Shown: piece by piece, positions 27,527 through 37,211 of the stretch
Layout of the letters: each line of letters begins with the position of its first letter
Numbering within the stretch: position 1 is the first letter of the stretch
Source: Candidatus Uhrbacteria bacterium
Lineage (GTDB): Bacteria; Patescibacteriota; Patescibacteriia; UBA9934
DNA: 64,000 nt
Assembly (NCBI GenBank): GCA_963822405.1
Contig: CAWGHH010000001.1
Span: 23,296-87,295 of the forward strand
Direction of reading: 5' to 3'
The notes under the pieces: model-generated
The model's input: the letters and a program-made list of their open reading frames with translations, nothing else
Database searches by the model: none
Told to the model about the DNA's origin: nothing
Made by a program: the position numbers and the translations under genes

Positions 27527-30163
27527 CTATTCAAGTTCACCCCATCTTTTTCCAACCTCGACATCAACCAGTAATGGAACCTCAAGCGACACAACTCCTG
27601 ACATAATCTTTGGAATTTCTTTTTTTGCTTTCTCGACGTCTTCTTCATGAACCTCAAAAACTAATTCGTCGTGCACTTGCAGAAGCATCTTTACTCGAAG
27701 ACCGGATTTGCGAATCCACTCGTCCATTTTGATCATTGCCATTTTGATAATATCGGCGTTTGAACCTTGGACTGGCATATTCATCGCCATTCTTTCGGAG
27801 GCAGCGACGAGTTGAGGGATGCCGGATTGAATGTCGGGCAAATAGCGGCGTCGACCAAACATAGTTTCAACATATCCATCTACTCGCGCTTTCATTTTCG
27901 ATGCGTCGATGAAGGCTGCGATACCGGGATGTACTACAAAGTACTTTTCAATAAACTGTTTAGCTTCCTCGTAACTCATTTTTGTTCGCCGACCAAGGGC
28001 GCGTGCCCCAACTCCGTACAAAATACTAAAGTTCGTCGCTTTTGCATGTTCGCGCTGTTCTTTTGTCACGGCTGACTCGTCGATGCCGTAAATCTCAGCC
28101 GCCGTGCGTTTGTGAATGTCAGCGCCATCATGGAAGGCTCGCAAAAACGACTCGTCCTTACTCATAACTGCGGCGAGTCGAAGTTCGATCTGCGAATAGT
28201 CGGCCGCGATCAAGTCATAACCAGGATCTGAAATAAATGCTTTACGAATTTCACGTCCAAGTTCGGAGCGCACCGGAATATTCTGCATGTTCGGGTTGGT
28301 CGAACTCAACCGACCAGTCGCTGCGACGGTTTGGTTGTAAGTAGTGTGGATTCGACCATCTTTGCCAACAAGTTGGGGCAGGGAATCGGCATAGGTTGAC
28401 TTCAGCTTCGCAATCTCTCGATACTCGCCCATGAGTGGAACAATTTCGTGCTCGTCTTCCAGCTTTTCGAGTTCTTGAGCGGCCGTCGAGTAACCCGTCT
28501 TCGTCTTCTTAATCCCCTTGGTCGGCAACCCAAGGTCGATGAATAGAATCTCGGCCAGCTGAGAAGGGGAGTTAACATTAAATTCTTTACCGGCAAGTTT
28601 GTGAATCTGCTTGGTGAGTTTGTCGATCGTTTTCTCAAATTGATCAGCCAGACTCGTCAGCTTTTCCTTGTCGACCAGTATTCCGTCGAGTTCCATTTTA
28701 AACAGAACCGGAATCAGTGGCATCTCGACTTCCTCGAACAACTTTAACATTTTCTCCTCAACTAATTTCTTCTGAAGAGATTCTTTTAATGGAAAGAGTA
28801 GGGGAACAATTTCACTTATCGTCGCTGTTTCTTCTAGCTGTAACCCGAGATTCTCGTTGAGTACCTCAGCGAATGCAAGTTCACGACCACCTGGCGCAAG
28901 GAGATACGCGGCCACCATGGTGTCAAAAATTGCTTTCTTACGTAGTGACTCGAGCACCTCAATTCCTTGCCTAGCAAATACATGATAAATAGCTTTCAGA
29001 TCATGACCGACGATCATATCCGCTCGTGACAGAACCTCGACTACTTGTTGCAACTCAGTTGCGTTAACAGAATTCGACTTCCAAAATGAAGAACCATCCG
29101 TCAGGATTAACGCCCCCACAGACTCGCCGAACAGATCTTGTTGTTTCTCCTCTAGAAGAATTCCGATCTGTTTCAAATCCAATTCGAACATGCTACCAAC
29201 AGATTTCATTGCACCGGATTTCGCACCCTTCCCCCTCTTAGGGGGAGCAGAGGGGGTCGATGAGATGGTTGGGGTGAGGGTTGCATTCTCATACTTCTTT
29301 ATCAACGTTCGAAACTCAAGATCGCGGAACATCTTCAATAACAGCTCTTTGTCTGGCGTGGTTCTTGTTGCGGACTCGTAAGAAAATTCTTTCAAGGGAA
29401 CGTCACGAACAACGGTCACTAACCGACGCATGAGCTCGACGGTCTTCTCCTGGCCCGAAAACTTTCTTACGAACTTCTCTGGAAGTGATTCTGTTTTCAT
29501 CGCTTCCATGATTCCGTTAACCGAACCATACGCTTTCAATAATTCGAGCGCGCCTTTCTCTCCGATACCCGCTATACCCGGCAAATTATCTGAGGTATCA
29601 CCGATAAGTGTCTTATAATCAATCAATCCGCTCGGCTCAAGTCCGTAGCGTGCCTTCACTGCAGCCTCGTCATAAATTTTTACCTCAGACAAACCTTTCA
29701 CAAAGAAAACAACTTTCGTATTTGGCGAAACAAGCTGCAGTGAGTCAAGATCACCGGTCACGATCAATGTTTCGAGGTCTCCTCTGTCTTCATTCATCTG
29801 TGAAATAGTTCCAATAATGTCATCGGCCTCAAAACCCTTAACATCGAGCGACGGGATTCCGTAGGCTCGAAGAATTTCCTGTATAATAGGAATTTGCGCG
29901 TAGAGTTCATCAGCTTTTTTCTCACGGTGAGCCTTATACGGTGCGTATTCAGCGTTACGAAATGTTCCACCGGGCAAGTCCCACGCCACGGTCATGTAGT
30001 CTGGATGAAAAGTCGACAACATTTTCTCAATCACGTTTGTAAAACCGTAAGCAGCATTCACAACTCGACCATCAGCGGTAGTCAAAGGGGGAATAGCGTG
30101 CCAGGCGCGGTGCAACAAAGCGTTACCATCAAGCACTAAAAATATTTTCTTCTGGTTTGACAT
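27527..30163 (-). CDS. polA: DNA polymerase I
   Basis: 878 aa. 5'-3' exonuclease N-terminus (LVLDGNALLHRAWHA...GFEADDIIGT). Central domain and polymerase palm/fingers (RRxxKxxNFGxxYG as RTKMSYEEAKQFIEKYF; LLQVHDELVFEV). Confidence 0.9.
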   Translation of the reverse strand: MSNQKKIFLVLDGNALLHRAWHAIPPLTTADGRVVNAAYGFTNVIEKMLSTFHPDYMTVAWDLPGGTFRNAEYAPYKAHREKKADELYAQIPIIQEILRAYGIPSLDVKGFEADDIIGTISQMNEDRGDLETLIVTGDLDSLQLVSPNTKVVFFVKGLSEVKIYDEAAVKARYGLEPSGLIDYKTLIGDTSDNLPGIAGIGEKGALELLKAYGSVNGIMEAMKTESLPEKFVRKFSGQEKTVELMRRLVTVVRDVPLKEFSYESATRTTPDKELLLKMFRDLEFRTLIKKYENATLTPTISSTPSAPPKRGKGAKSGAMKSVGSMFELDLKQIGILLEEKQQDLFGESVGALILTDGSSFWKSNSVNATELQQVVEVLSRADMIVGHDLKAIYHVFARQGIEVLESLRKKAIFDTMVAAYLLAPGGRELAFAEVLNENLGLQLEETATISEIVPLLFPLKESLQKKLVEEKMLKLFEEVEMPLIPVLFKMELDGILVDKEKLTSLADQFEKTIDKLTKQIHKLAGKEFNVNSPSQLAEILFIDLGLPTKGIKKTKTGYSTAAQELEKLEDEHEIVPLMGEYREIAKLKSTYADSLPQLVGKDGRIHTTYNQTVAATGRLSSTNPNMQNIPVRSELGREIRKAFISDPGYDLIAADYSQIELRLAAVMSKDESFLRAFHDGADIHKRTAAEIYGIDESAVTKEQREHAKATNFSILYGVGARALGRRTKMSYEEAKQFIEKYFVVHPGIAAFIDASKMKARVDGYVETMFGRRRYLPDIQSGIPQLVAASERMAMNMPVQGSNADIIKMAMIKMDEWIRKSGLRVKMLLQVHDELVFEVHEEDVEKAKKEIPKIMSGVVSLEVPLLVDVEVGKRWGELE

Positions 30164-31137
30164 ATAGGGTTCAGTTTGTGAACATCATACGCGACTCTAT
30201 GGAAAACTTCGATGTATTGATTGTAGGTGCTAGTTTTTCTGGGCTAACCTTGGCACATCATCTCCCTAAACACCTAAAAGTGCTGATTGTTGACGCTAAA
30301 CCAGCCGCCGGCAGCACCGTTGAATCAACCGGCCTCATAACTACGAAGACTCGCGCCGAGTTCTCATCGTTCTTCGCGATAGACCGCTATATCACAAACC
30401 CAATTAGCGCAATCTGTGTAGTTGCTCCAGGCTTTTCCGACTATTTCGTCTCGACTGTTCGTGAACCGTGGATTTATCAGACAGACACAAAAGCACTCAT
30501 CGCCGCACTCGCCGCATCTCTACCACCGAACGTAACTTTGAAGATGGCGACGGCATTCTTGACGACGAACAAGCCAACGAACCCAACTTCAGCAACCATT
30601 CGAACTGTCGGTTCAGAACCAGAAGCAATAACAATTAAGTTCCTGGTTGGCGCAGATGGTGGGCGCTCTAAAGTTGCGTCGACGAATCCGTCACTAAGCA
30701 GAAACTCAAAGTTTCTCTTTGGTTACGAACAAGTATTCTTCGGCGACGTCTTACTTGGTCCAAAACCAGAGGAAACAATTTTTCATTATTGGTTTGGCGA
30801 ATTTTCACTCGGTTATGGCGGATGGTTGTCGCCAACAGTTGTTGATGGCCGCAAAGCATTCCGCATCGGCTTAGCTAAACTCATGAAAGATAGAGGTGAA
30901 GCAAAAACACAAATGGAATTGTTCATGGCTAAGCTGGTCGAACTCGGTCATATTAAAGTCGAAGGCGAAATCACGGCTCCCGGCTATGTTTTCGGCTCGC
31001 ATATTCCCATTGGCGGACCTCGTTTGAAGATCGCCGACGGAAACATGCTCTTAATCGGCGATGCCGCTGGATTCTGTGGTGCGTTTGCCGCCGACGGCAT
31101 CAAGGGCTCGGTAATCTCCGGCAAAGAAGCGGCGTAG
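30157..31137 (+). CDS. FAD-dependent oxidoreductase of the geranylgeranyl-reductase family, N-terminal roughly 75% (interrupted)
   Basis: Rossmann motif DVLIVGASFSGL; GDAAGF near the C-terminus. The ORF ends at a TAG after ...GSVISGKEAA, but the protein continues in the +1 frame. Confidence 0.6.
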   Translation: MTYRVQFVNIIRDSMENFDVLIVGASFSGLTLAHHLPKHLKVLIVDAKPAAGSTVESTGLITTKTRAEFSSFFAIDRYITNPISAICVVAPGFSDYFVSTVREPWIYQTDTKALIAALAASLPPNVTLKMATAFLTTNKPTNPTSATIRTVGSEPEAITIKFLVGADGGRSKVASTNPSLSRNSKFLFGYEQVFFGDVLLGPKPEETIFHYWFGEFSLGYGGWLSPTVVDGRKAFRIGLAKLMKDRGEAKTQMELFMAKLVELGHIKVEGEITAPGYVFGSHIPIGGPRLKIADGNMLLIGDAAGFCGAFAADGIKGSVISGKEAA

Positions 31138-31138
31138 A

Positions 31139-31450
31139 GTCATCGCGCATTACCTCGACGGCCGAACGGAAGCCTTGAAAAAGTTTAGAAAGCGCATGAA
31201 CGAACACGGCGGAATCATGAAGTACTATGTCCGCCAAATGGGCTACCGCGCTATTTGGGACATGATGAAAACGGACAGATCATTCAGAGCAATGTATGAC
31301 ATCATTGCCAGCGAACACGAAACATTCCTGGAACAATTCTGTGACAGTAAAGATCGCCACCGCTCTCTAGTCTGGACCGTTCTCAAACCCCAACACTTCG
31401 AAAAACTCAGCAAGTACGCGTGGTATATCCTGTGCGACCTAGTAAAGTAG
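31139..31450 (+). CDS. C-terminal part of the same geranylgeranyl-reductase-like gene in a shifted frame
   Basis: Frame-2 translation (R)VIAHYLDGRTEALKKFRKRMNEHGGIMKYYVRQ... continues the expected GGR C-terminal helical domain directly after GKEAA. The combined length of about 430 aa is typical for the family. Confidence 0.4.
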   Translation, partial: VIAHYLDGRTEALKKFRKRMNEHGGIMKYYVRQMGYRAIWDMMKTDRSFRAMYDIIASEHETFLEQFCDSKDRHRSLVWTVLKPQHFEKLSKYAWYILCDLVK

Positions 31451-31512
31451 CCGAAAACTCTTGATTTTTCGGCCAATATCTGCTACTGTATCTGCGGTTA
31501 TGCACTTTTGAT

Positions 31513-31587
31513 GCCCTAGTAGCTCAATGGATAGAGCAGGGCTCTTCTAAGGCCTTGATGTTGGTTCGATTCCAACCTGGGGCACCA
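31513..31587 (+). tRNA. tRNA-Arg (anticodon UCU)
   Basis: GCCCTAG TA GCTCAATGGATAGAGC A GGGCT CTTCTAA GGCCT TGATG TTGGT TCGATTC CAACC TGGGGC A CCA. Confidence 0.75.
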
Positions 31588-31642
31588 ATAGCACATAACA
31601 AAAAATACGGTCAGGCATTTGCCGAACCGTATTTTTGTATAT

Positions 31643-32293
31643 TTACTCTATGTAGTAACCCGTTCCCCAAGTCATGCCTACGCCACCGGTCTCCTCATTT
31701 TGCGACCAAGTCGCTGGATCAGAATCTACTACTGTATACGTTCCTGGTTCGAGTGTTACGTCCGGCGAAGCTGCCCAATAAACACTTGGTGCACCGCCTT
31801 GGCCATCCGAAGTAGTGACCGCCCAAGGACCAAAAATCTTTCCGTTAGAGTCTTTTAGGCCGAGTGTTCCGCCCGGCGAGCCCTTTGCGTCATTCCAATG
31901 ATAGGTCGTCAAAGTCTTAAGCTGAGCTTTTTTCTCGAGTGTGAAGATGGCCGATGTTCCGCCATTAAACACCGCCATTATGCTGCCGATATTGAATAGC
32001 TCGACTGAAGCCTTATCAGTGGTCGACGCTGGTTCCTCGTACTTCAAAACTTCGCCGGTTGTCACTTCTGCCTTCTTCTGACTTTCCTCATACTGCAAGT
32101 CACTCAACCTTGTCGTTTTCCCATTTTCATCCTCAATAAATATTTGATCCGTCGACTTATTTGGATTCTCTTTCGCATACTCTTCTGCGGCTGCTCGCGT
32201 ACTGCGATAGACCTCATCGCATCCCGCCGTTATTAAAAAAGCGGACACGGCTCCAATTACTAACAAACCCTTACCAAAAGAAAATTTGTTCAT
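31643..32293 (-). CDS. Putative lipoprotein
   Basis: Signal peptide with lipobox LITAGC; otherwise unknown. Confidence 0.5.
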   Translation of the reverse strand: MNKFSFGKGLLVIGAVSAFLITAGCDEVYRSTRAAAEEYAKENPNKSTDQIFIEDENGKTTRLSDLQYEESQKKAEVTTGEVLKYEEPASTTDKASVELFNIGSIMAVFNGGTSAIFTLEKKAQLKTLTTYHWNDAKGSPGGTLGLKDSNGKIFGPWAVTTSDGQGGAPSVYWAASPDVTLEPGTYTVVDSDPATWSQNEETGGVGMTWGTGYYIE

Positions 32294-32362
32294 AAGTTAC
32301 CTCAAGTATAGCTAACTGCATCAAAAAAATAAAAAACCTTCCATATAATGAAAGGTTTTTTA

Positions 32363-32438
32363 TGGGGTGGCTAACGGGAATCGAACCCGTACTAAAGGCA
32401 CCACAAGCCTTTGTGATAACCGTTTCACTATAGCCACC
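32363..32438 (-). tRNA. tRNA-His (anticodon GUG) with an encoded G-1
   Basis: The reverse complement is G-GTGGCTA TA GTGAAACGGTTATCAC A AAGGC TTGTGGT GCCTT TAGTA CGGGT TCGATTC CCGT TAGCCAC C CCA. The extra 5' G can pair with the discriminator C73. Confidence 0.75.
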
Positions 32439-32516
32439 ATAATCCGAACGCACACAACCGTATCATGAATCTATTGGAAAATCAAGCCTCTTTCGTGGTA
32501 CAAATGCACAATCCCT

Positions 32517-33143
32517 ATGAATACCGTCCAAAAATCCGAACTCATCTCCCTCGCTCGCTCGATTATAAGTAGCACCGACCCGTCGCACGACATATTACAC
32601 GCCCTTCGAGTCCTTAAACTCGTCGAACGGATAGGGGAGGCGGAAGGAGCGAATCTCGACGTTTTGATTCCAGCGGCGCTGTTTCATGACGCGATTAGTT
32701 ATCCGAAGAATGACCCAAGAAGCAAGTTATCGTCTATTGAAAGTGGCGAGCTCGTAACCAAGATCCTTGGCGAGCTTGAGTGGTATCCAGTAGAACTAAT
32801 CCCAAAAGTCTCAGCCGCAATTACAAAATGTTCATTCTCGAAGAATTTACCAAAAGACAACCTCGAAGAATATATTTTGCAGGATGCGGACATGATGGAA
32901 GTTTTAGGCGCGCTCGCCGTTGCTCGCATCTTTTCTACCGGTGGCCGAATATCCCGAGAGTTCTACCATGAAACCGATCCTCTCGGGATTAATCGAGCAC
33001 CCGGATACAACAACCTCGATATGCTAACCACCAGATGCATGGCTGCGTACGATCGGCTTCACACCAAAACCGCACAGGAAATAGGGAAGTCGCGACTCGA
33101 ATTTTTGAAAACGTTTAAGAAACAGTTTATTGATGAGATTTGA
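32517..33143 (+). CDS. HD-superfamily metal-dependent phosphohydrolase
   Basis: His...His-Asp motif: SHDILHALRV ... ALFHDAISYP ... QDADMMEVLG. Confidence 0.55.
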   Translation: MNTVQKSELISLARSIISSTDPSHDILHALRVLKLVERIGEAEGANLDVLIPAALFHDAISYPKNDPRSKLSSIESGELVTKILGELEWYPVELIPKVSAAITKCSFSKNLPKDNLEEYILQDADMMEVLGALAVARIFSTGGRISREFYHETDPLGINRAPGYNNLDMLTTRCMAAYDRLHTKTAQEIGKSRLEFLKTFKKQFIDEI

Positions 33144-33188
33144 CGGCTGTGAACTTCCCAGGCACTCTCTCGCGTCGACCATAATCAA

Positions 33189-33752
33189 ATGGTCGCCGAA
33201 TTACTCGCTTTGGAGGTTCCCATGTTCGCATTGTTCCTGCTTGGTTCCGCGTTCGCCGGTGACGCATTTGTTCAGCTCCAGGCTGATACTGCGGTTGCTC
33301 TGGCTGATAGAGTTGTCGACGAGCGCGTCAAAGTGCTCATCGAGAAACCACTCAACGAAAAAGTGAGTTTGAGCGTCTTCACGCTCGTGAGTCCGGCATA
33401 TGGCGAGCTGATCGTCGGTCCGACACTTCACGTCCAGAAACTGGCACTCAATGTCAGTATTGGGATCGAAACCGCGGACATGCCACTCCGTGGTGAAGTG
33501 TACATTTTGTGGGCTAATGATCGCTACACGTTCCTCGCCTCCGCTGAAACCGGTGGCTCCGGTCCTTGGTACGTCGGGTATGCTATCCGCACTATCGGAC
33601 ATCTCACCGTCGGCGTGTTGACGCAGAGGTTCGACGGTATCGGGCCACGAATCGGCGTCACGTCACACGGCTTCGAGCTGTGGACCTCGCCGATGTACGA
33701 CTACGAAGACGGTACAACGAACATCGTCTCCGGCATCAGCTGGATTCCGTGA
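33189..33752 (+). CDS. Secreted hypothetical protein, at the start of a GC-rich island
   Basis: Signal peptide MFALFLLGSAFAG (an internal start at about 33222); beta-rich composition. A competing antisense ORF 33201..33602 is shorter and looks like junk. Confidence 0.35.
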   Translation: MVAELLALEVPMFALFLLGSAFAGDAFVQLQADTAVALADRVVDERVKVLIEKPLNEKVSLSVFTLVSPAYGELIVGPTLHVQKLALNVSIGIETADMPLRGEVYILWANDRYTFLASAETGGSGPWYVGYAIRTIGHLTVGVLTQRFDGIGPRIGVTSHGFELWTSPMYDYEDGTTNIVSGISWIP

Positions 33753-33873
33753 CATACAGGCAACGCTCGCGTTCCCCACAAAGCCCTGACCGCAATCGTC
33801 GGGGTTTTTCTTTTGCATTGAATAAAGACCGACCCCATCCGAGCGTGCTCGGGCGGGGTCGTTAGGTAAAATT

Positions 33874-34638
33874 CTATTTCGCTCGCACGATGTGGCACGG
33901 CCAGCAGTCATAACCACCCGTAGAAGCGGTGGACACGTAGATCGTGTATGTGGAATCCGACCGTGGCTCAAACCGCTGGTTCATCGGATCTGCGTCGCAC
34001 GTTCGGTAGTCATGTTGGAAATTCAACGTCATTTTCCGAGCACCGGCAACAATGCTGGTCGTCGTCGAGGTGATGAGCGCCCTACACTCAGGTGGGTGTG
34101 ACGGATTCCCCCTCAACAAGTCTTGCATGACTACAAACAGCATGGCCGCCGACGGAACACGCAACCGAATCTTGTACTCTCGCTCGTAGGTCCTGAGGAC
34201 CGTCTCGAGGTTCTCCGTAGCCCCGAAACCGATTCCCTTAACCGGCAAGCAGAAGATGATGTCACCCTCATGAACCATCTCGTCGCCCACGAGCGGCGAA
34301 TGTTCACCCGCAATCCGCGGACCGTCACCGGCCTCCAGGTCACGAGCCGAAGCCGCATGGAGAAATGACCGATCCTTCAGAACTCGCCAAGCCACGTTAC
34401 CGTCCCAACCCAGGATTTTGGCCGGCACGGCATACTTTCGGTACATGGCCTTCAGATGGTCCGGTACGGATTCGAGAGAAAGCGGAGTCGCCCATGGGGC
34501 AGAAACCAACTCTTCCCGAAAGTTCTCGGCCCACCTCCTCACGTCTGCCGGGTGCTGAACGATCAGGAGCAAATCCCTATCATCCGTCTCCCTCAGAAAC
34601 TCAGCCAACTCCCGAGGCGTTACATACTCACGTCCCAT
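33874..34638 (-). CDS. Hypothetical protein, GC-rich island
   Basis: 254-aa ORF with no motif recognised. Confidence 0.35.
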   Translation of the reverse strand: MGREYVTPRELAEFLRETDDRDLLLIVQHPADVRRWAENFREELVSAPWATPLSLESVPDHLKAMYRKYAVPAKILGWDGNVAWRVLKDRSFLHAASARDLEAGDGPRIAGEHSPLVGDEMVHEGDIIFCLPVKGIGFGATENLETVLRTYEREYKIRLRVPSAAMLFVVMQDLLRGNPSHPPECRALITSTTTSIVAGARKMTLNFQHDYRTCDADPMNQRFEPRSDSTYTIYVSTASTGGYDCWPCHIVRAK

Positions 34639-34760
34639 GACTACTCCTTCTGTCCGTGTTCGGACTACAAACGGCTTGTGCCGCAGGGAAGGCGGATTGA
34701 GTCCGGCTTCAAAAATAATTTATCAACTTTCACAAATATTGGCAAACATAAGCTAATTTC

Positions 34761-36287
34761 TTGACACTGCTCAAAATTTGGCCAACAATCGCCCTAGTTC
34801 ATTCGAACTGGGAGGTTTCCATGGATCAGCCGTTTGTTCTTTGTGGCACGATCAATGACCGTCTTCATGGTGGAGTTAGCATCACCAAAGAAGAACGCGG
34901 GATCATCAATCATCGCAGTTTTCTTCGACTTCACAACATTCGCCAGCTCGGTAATCTGTATCTAGTGTTCCCATCGGCAACCCACACCCGTTTCGAGCAC
35001 TCGATCGGAGTGATGGATCTGGCGGATCGGCTGTTCTTGGGTGCTAAACTCGAAAGCAAAAAGTCCGCTGACTCGCTGGCGCCGCTCGACACGGCTGGGC
35101 CGGGCGTAGGAGTGCGATTGTATGAGCTCGACAGCAAGGTCGAAGAACAGTTGCGTCGAACACTACGAATTTGCGCACTGGCTCATGACCTTGGCCACGG
35201 GCCGTTCTCACACAACTTCGAGCCCTTCACGCCAAAGGTGGAGGAAATTGCGAAGTTACTTGAAGACCCACGTCTAGCAGTCCTTCTGCCGTACCGTGAA
35301 GCGGTGTTGGCGGCGGACAAGCACGGTCGCGTCAAACACGAGGCGATCTCCGTCATTCTGTTCACCATGCTCTGGCTCGACAACTGCCCGGGCGACAGTG
35401 AAATGCCCGCGGCTTTGGCATCAGTACTTTTGGGCGCCAAGCCTGAAGGTGCGGCGCCCGAACTCAAGCCGTGGATTCCGTTCATTCGAGACATCGTCAG
35501 CTCGGCGCCGATTGACGCTGACCGCATGGACTACTTGGAACGGGATTCGCGGGGAGTCGGAACCAGCTACGGGCTCTTCGACCATTCACGGATCTTCAAG
35601 TCAGTGGTGTGCGCAAAAAGTATTGATGACGATTCGTTCCGGCTCGGCTGGCGCGAAAATGGCCTGGCAACGATTGACCACTTCGTCCATGCCCGCTACC
35701 AGATGTTCCGGCAGATCTACGTTCACAAGACGTACCGCGCCATGGAACTTATGCTGGACGAGATCGGTCGGGAAGTAGATACGAACAACTTGTCCCTCGT
35801 GGACACGTCGTCCGTAGACGCACTTGTGAATTCCTATGAACGCCTGACTGATGACCACTTCGTCAGCCTGATCTCCGGGAATACCCCGAGTGATTTGCAG
35901 AAGAACGCGAAGGTCATGAAGCTTGGGCGGGCCTTCAAGAACCGACAGCTGTGGAAACGAGTGGTCGAGTGTGATCTGCGAGATGACGTGGAACACATTC
36001 GCGAAGAACTGAAGAAGAACCACCCGGAAGCAATCCTCATCGCGGACAGTCGGCCACTGAACGCCATGAAGGACATGAAAAAAGCGACCTACCTCATGAG
36101 GAAGACCGCGAACGATCGGTACGTGTACGCCGGCGCCGAAGCCTGGCTTGAGGCCTCAGTGATCCTCAAGGCACTCACCACAACGCCAGAGTCAGCAACT
36201 CGCATCTACCTGGCGCAAACGGGTGAGTCAGACCTCTTGCAGCAATTGCGCCACGAAGCAACCGCCATCATCCTCCGAAAACGTTAG
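34761..36287 (+). CDS. SAMHD1/dGTPase-family HD-domain dNTP triphosphohydrolase-like protein
   Basis: PFVLCGTINDRLHGGVSITKEERGIINHRSFLRLHNIRQLGNLYLVFPSATHTRFEHSIGV aligns almost position-for-position with the SAMHD1 block [50 protein letters not shown]. Further down, LAHDLGHGPFSH (HD motif) and DADRMDYLERDS. The true start is probably the internal Met of MDQPFV at about 34821. Confidence 0.65.
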   Translation: MTLLKIWPTIALVHSNWEVSMDQPFVLCGTINDRLHGGVSITKEERGIINHRSFLRLHNIRQLGNLYLVFPSATHTRFEHSIGVMDLADRLFLGAKLESKKSADSLAPLDTAGPGVGVRLYELDSKVEEQLRRTLRICALAHDLGHGPFSHNFEPFTPKVEEIAKLLEDPRLAVLLPYREAVLAADKHGRVKHEAISVILFTMLWLDNCPGDSEMPAALASVLLGAKPEGAAPELKPWIPFIRDIVSSAPIDADRMDYLERDSRGVGTSYGLFDHSRIFKSVVCAKSIDDDSFRLGWRENGLATIDHFVHARYQMFRQIYVHKTYRAMELMLDEIGREVDTNNLSLVDTSSVDALVNSYERLTDDHFVSLISGNTPSDLQKNAKVMKLGRAFKNRQLWKRVVECDLRDDVEHIREELKKNHPEAILIADSRPLNAMKDMKKATYLMRKTANDRYVYAGAEAWLEASVILKALTTTPESATRIYLAQTGESDLLQQLRHEATAIILRKR

Positions 36288-36335
36288 CACTGCGCAAAGC
36301 CCCGACGGCACTCGTCGGGGCTTATCTTTTTACTT

Positions 36336-37181
36336 TTACTTTTTCTTCCTCGGCAACAGTTTCACTTTCTTCTGCACAAGTTTATGAATGTGTTCTTCGG
36401 CCGGAAGGTCCTCTGGCATAGTTCCATCGAGCTTTTCGATCGTCTCGCGAACAATACGACCAACCCGGCGGTGCGTGGCACTTGCCATTTCTTCGTTCCG
36501 GATATTGTCTTTCTTGAGAAGGGCGTCTGTCTGAGTAATGCGGAATAAATTCGCCGCAAGCTCCTCCGAGCCCGCATAATCAAGTAGATCGCCTTTCGCA
36601 ATTCCTTTCTTTTTCTTGATTTGTTCTTGGGTCAGATTATAAAGACCCAAATAACCCGCATTATTGAACTTCCCAAAATTTTCAACGCCCGCAGCCTTAG
36701 CGGTCTTCGCCAGCCGTACATTTTTATGAGAAACATCTTGTCGAATGAACATTCGCTTACCGTCATCATCAAGCATCTCAAACAACTCTTGTTTGCGAGT
36801 CTGCACGGCGAAATAGGTTTGCGCAAAAGCGATCTCAGGTTTTCGTGGATCGCCGTTTTGGGCGACGAGATAACAAGCAAAACGAGAGAGATGATAATCG
36901 AGCAGTTTTCTCTTTGTATTTGAACCGATATCAACCATTTTACCGGCGCCGGTAAAATGGTCTTCGATTGCCTGTTGCGTAGACACGCAAACAGCCTTCG
37001 CTCGAAGAATTGCTTCTTGAAACTTCTGCCACTTGGCATACCCAAGTAAAGGCATCAGCTCTCTCGCCTCCCAATATTCAAAACCGTTCTCGTCGACTTT
37101 CTTGATCGACTCGAAATCCTTATGTAGCGAAACCGGCACAATGTTATTGTTCGGCATATGTTCGTATAGTAGCATAAACAA
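36336..37181 (-). CDS. dinD: DNA-damage-inducible protein D-like (DinD; Bro-N-related N-terminus)
   Basis: [38 protein letters not shown] and [15 protein letters not shown] closely match E. coli DinD ([52 protein letters not shown]). Confidence 0.7.
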   Translation of the reverse strand: [281 protein letters not shown]

Positions 37182-37211
37182 AAACCGACCTCACGGCCGG
37201 TCTGTGCAAAA

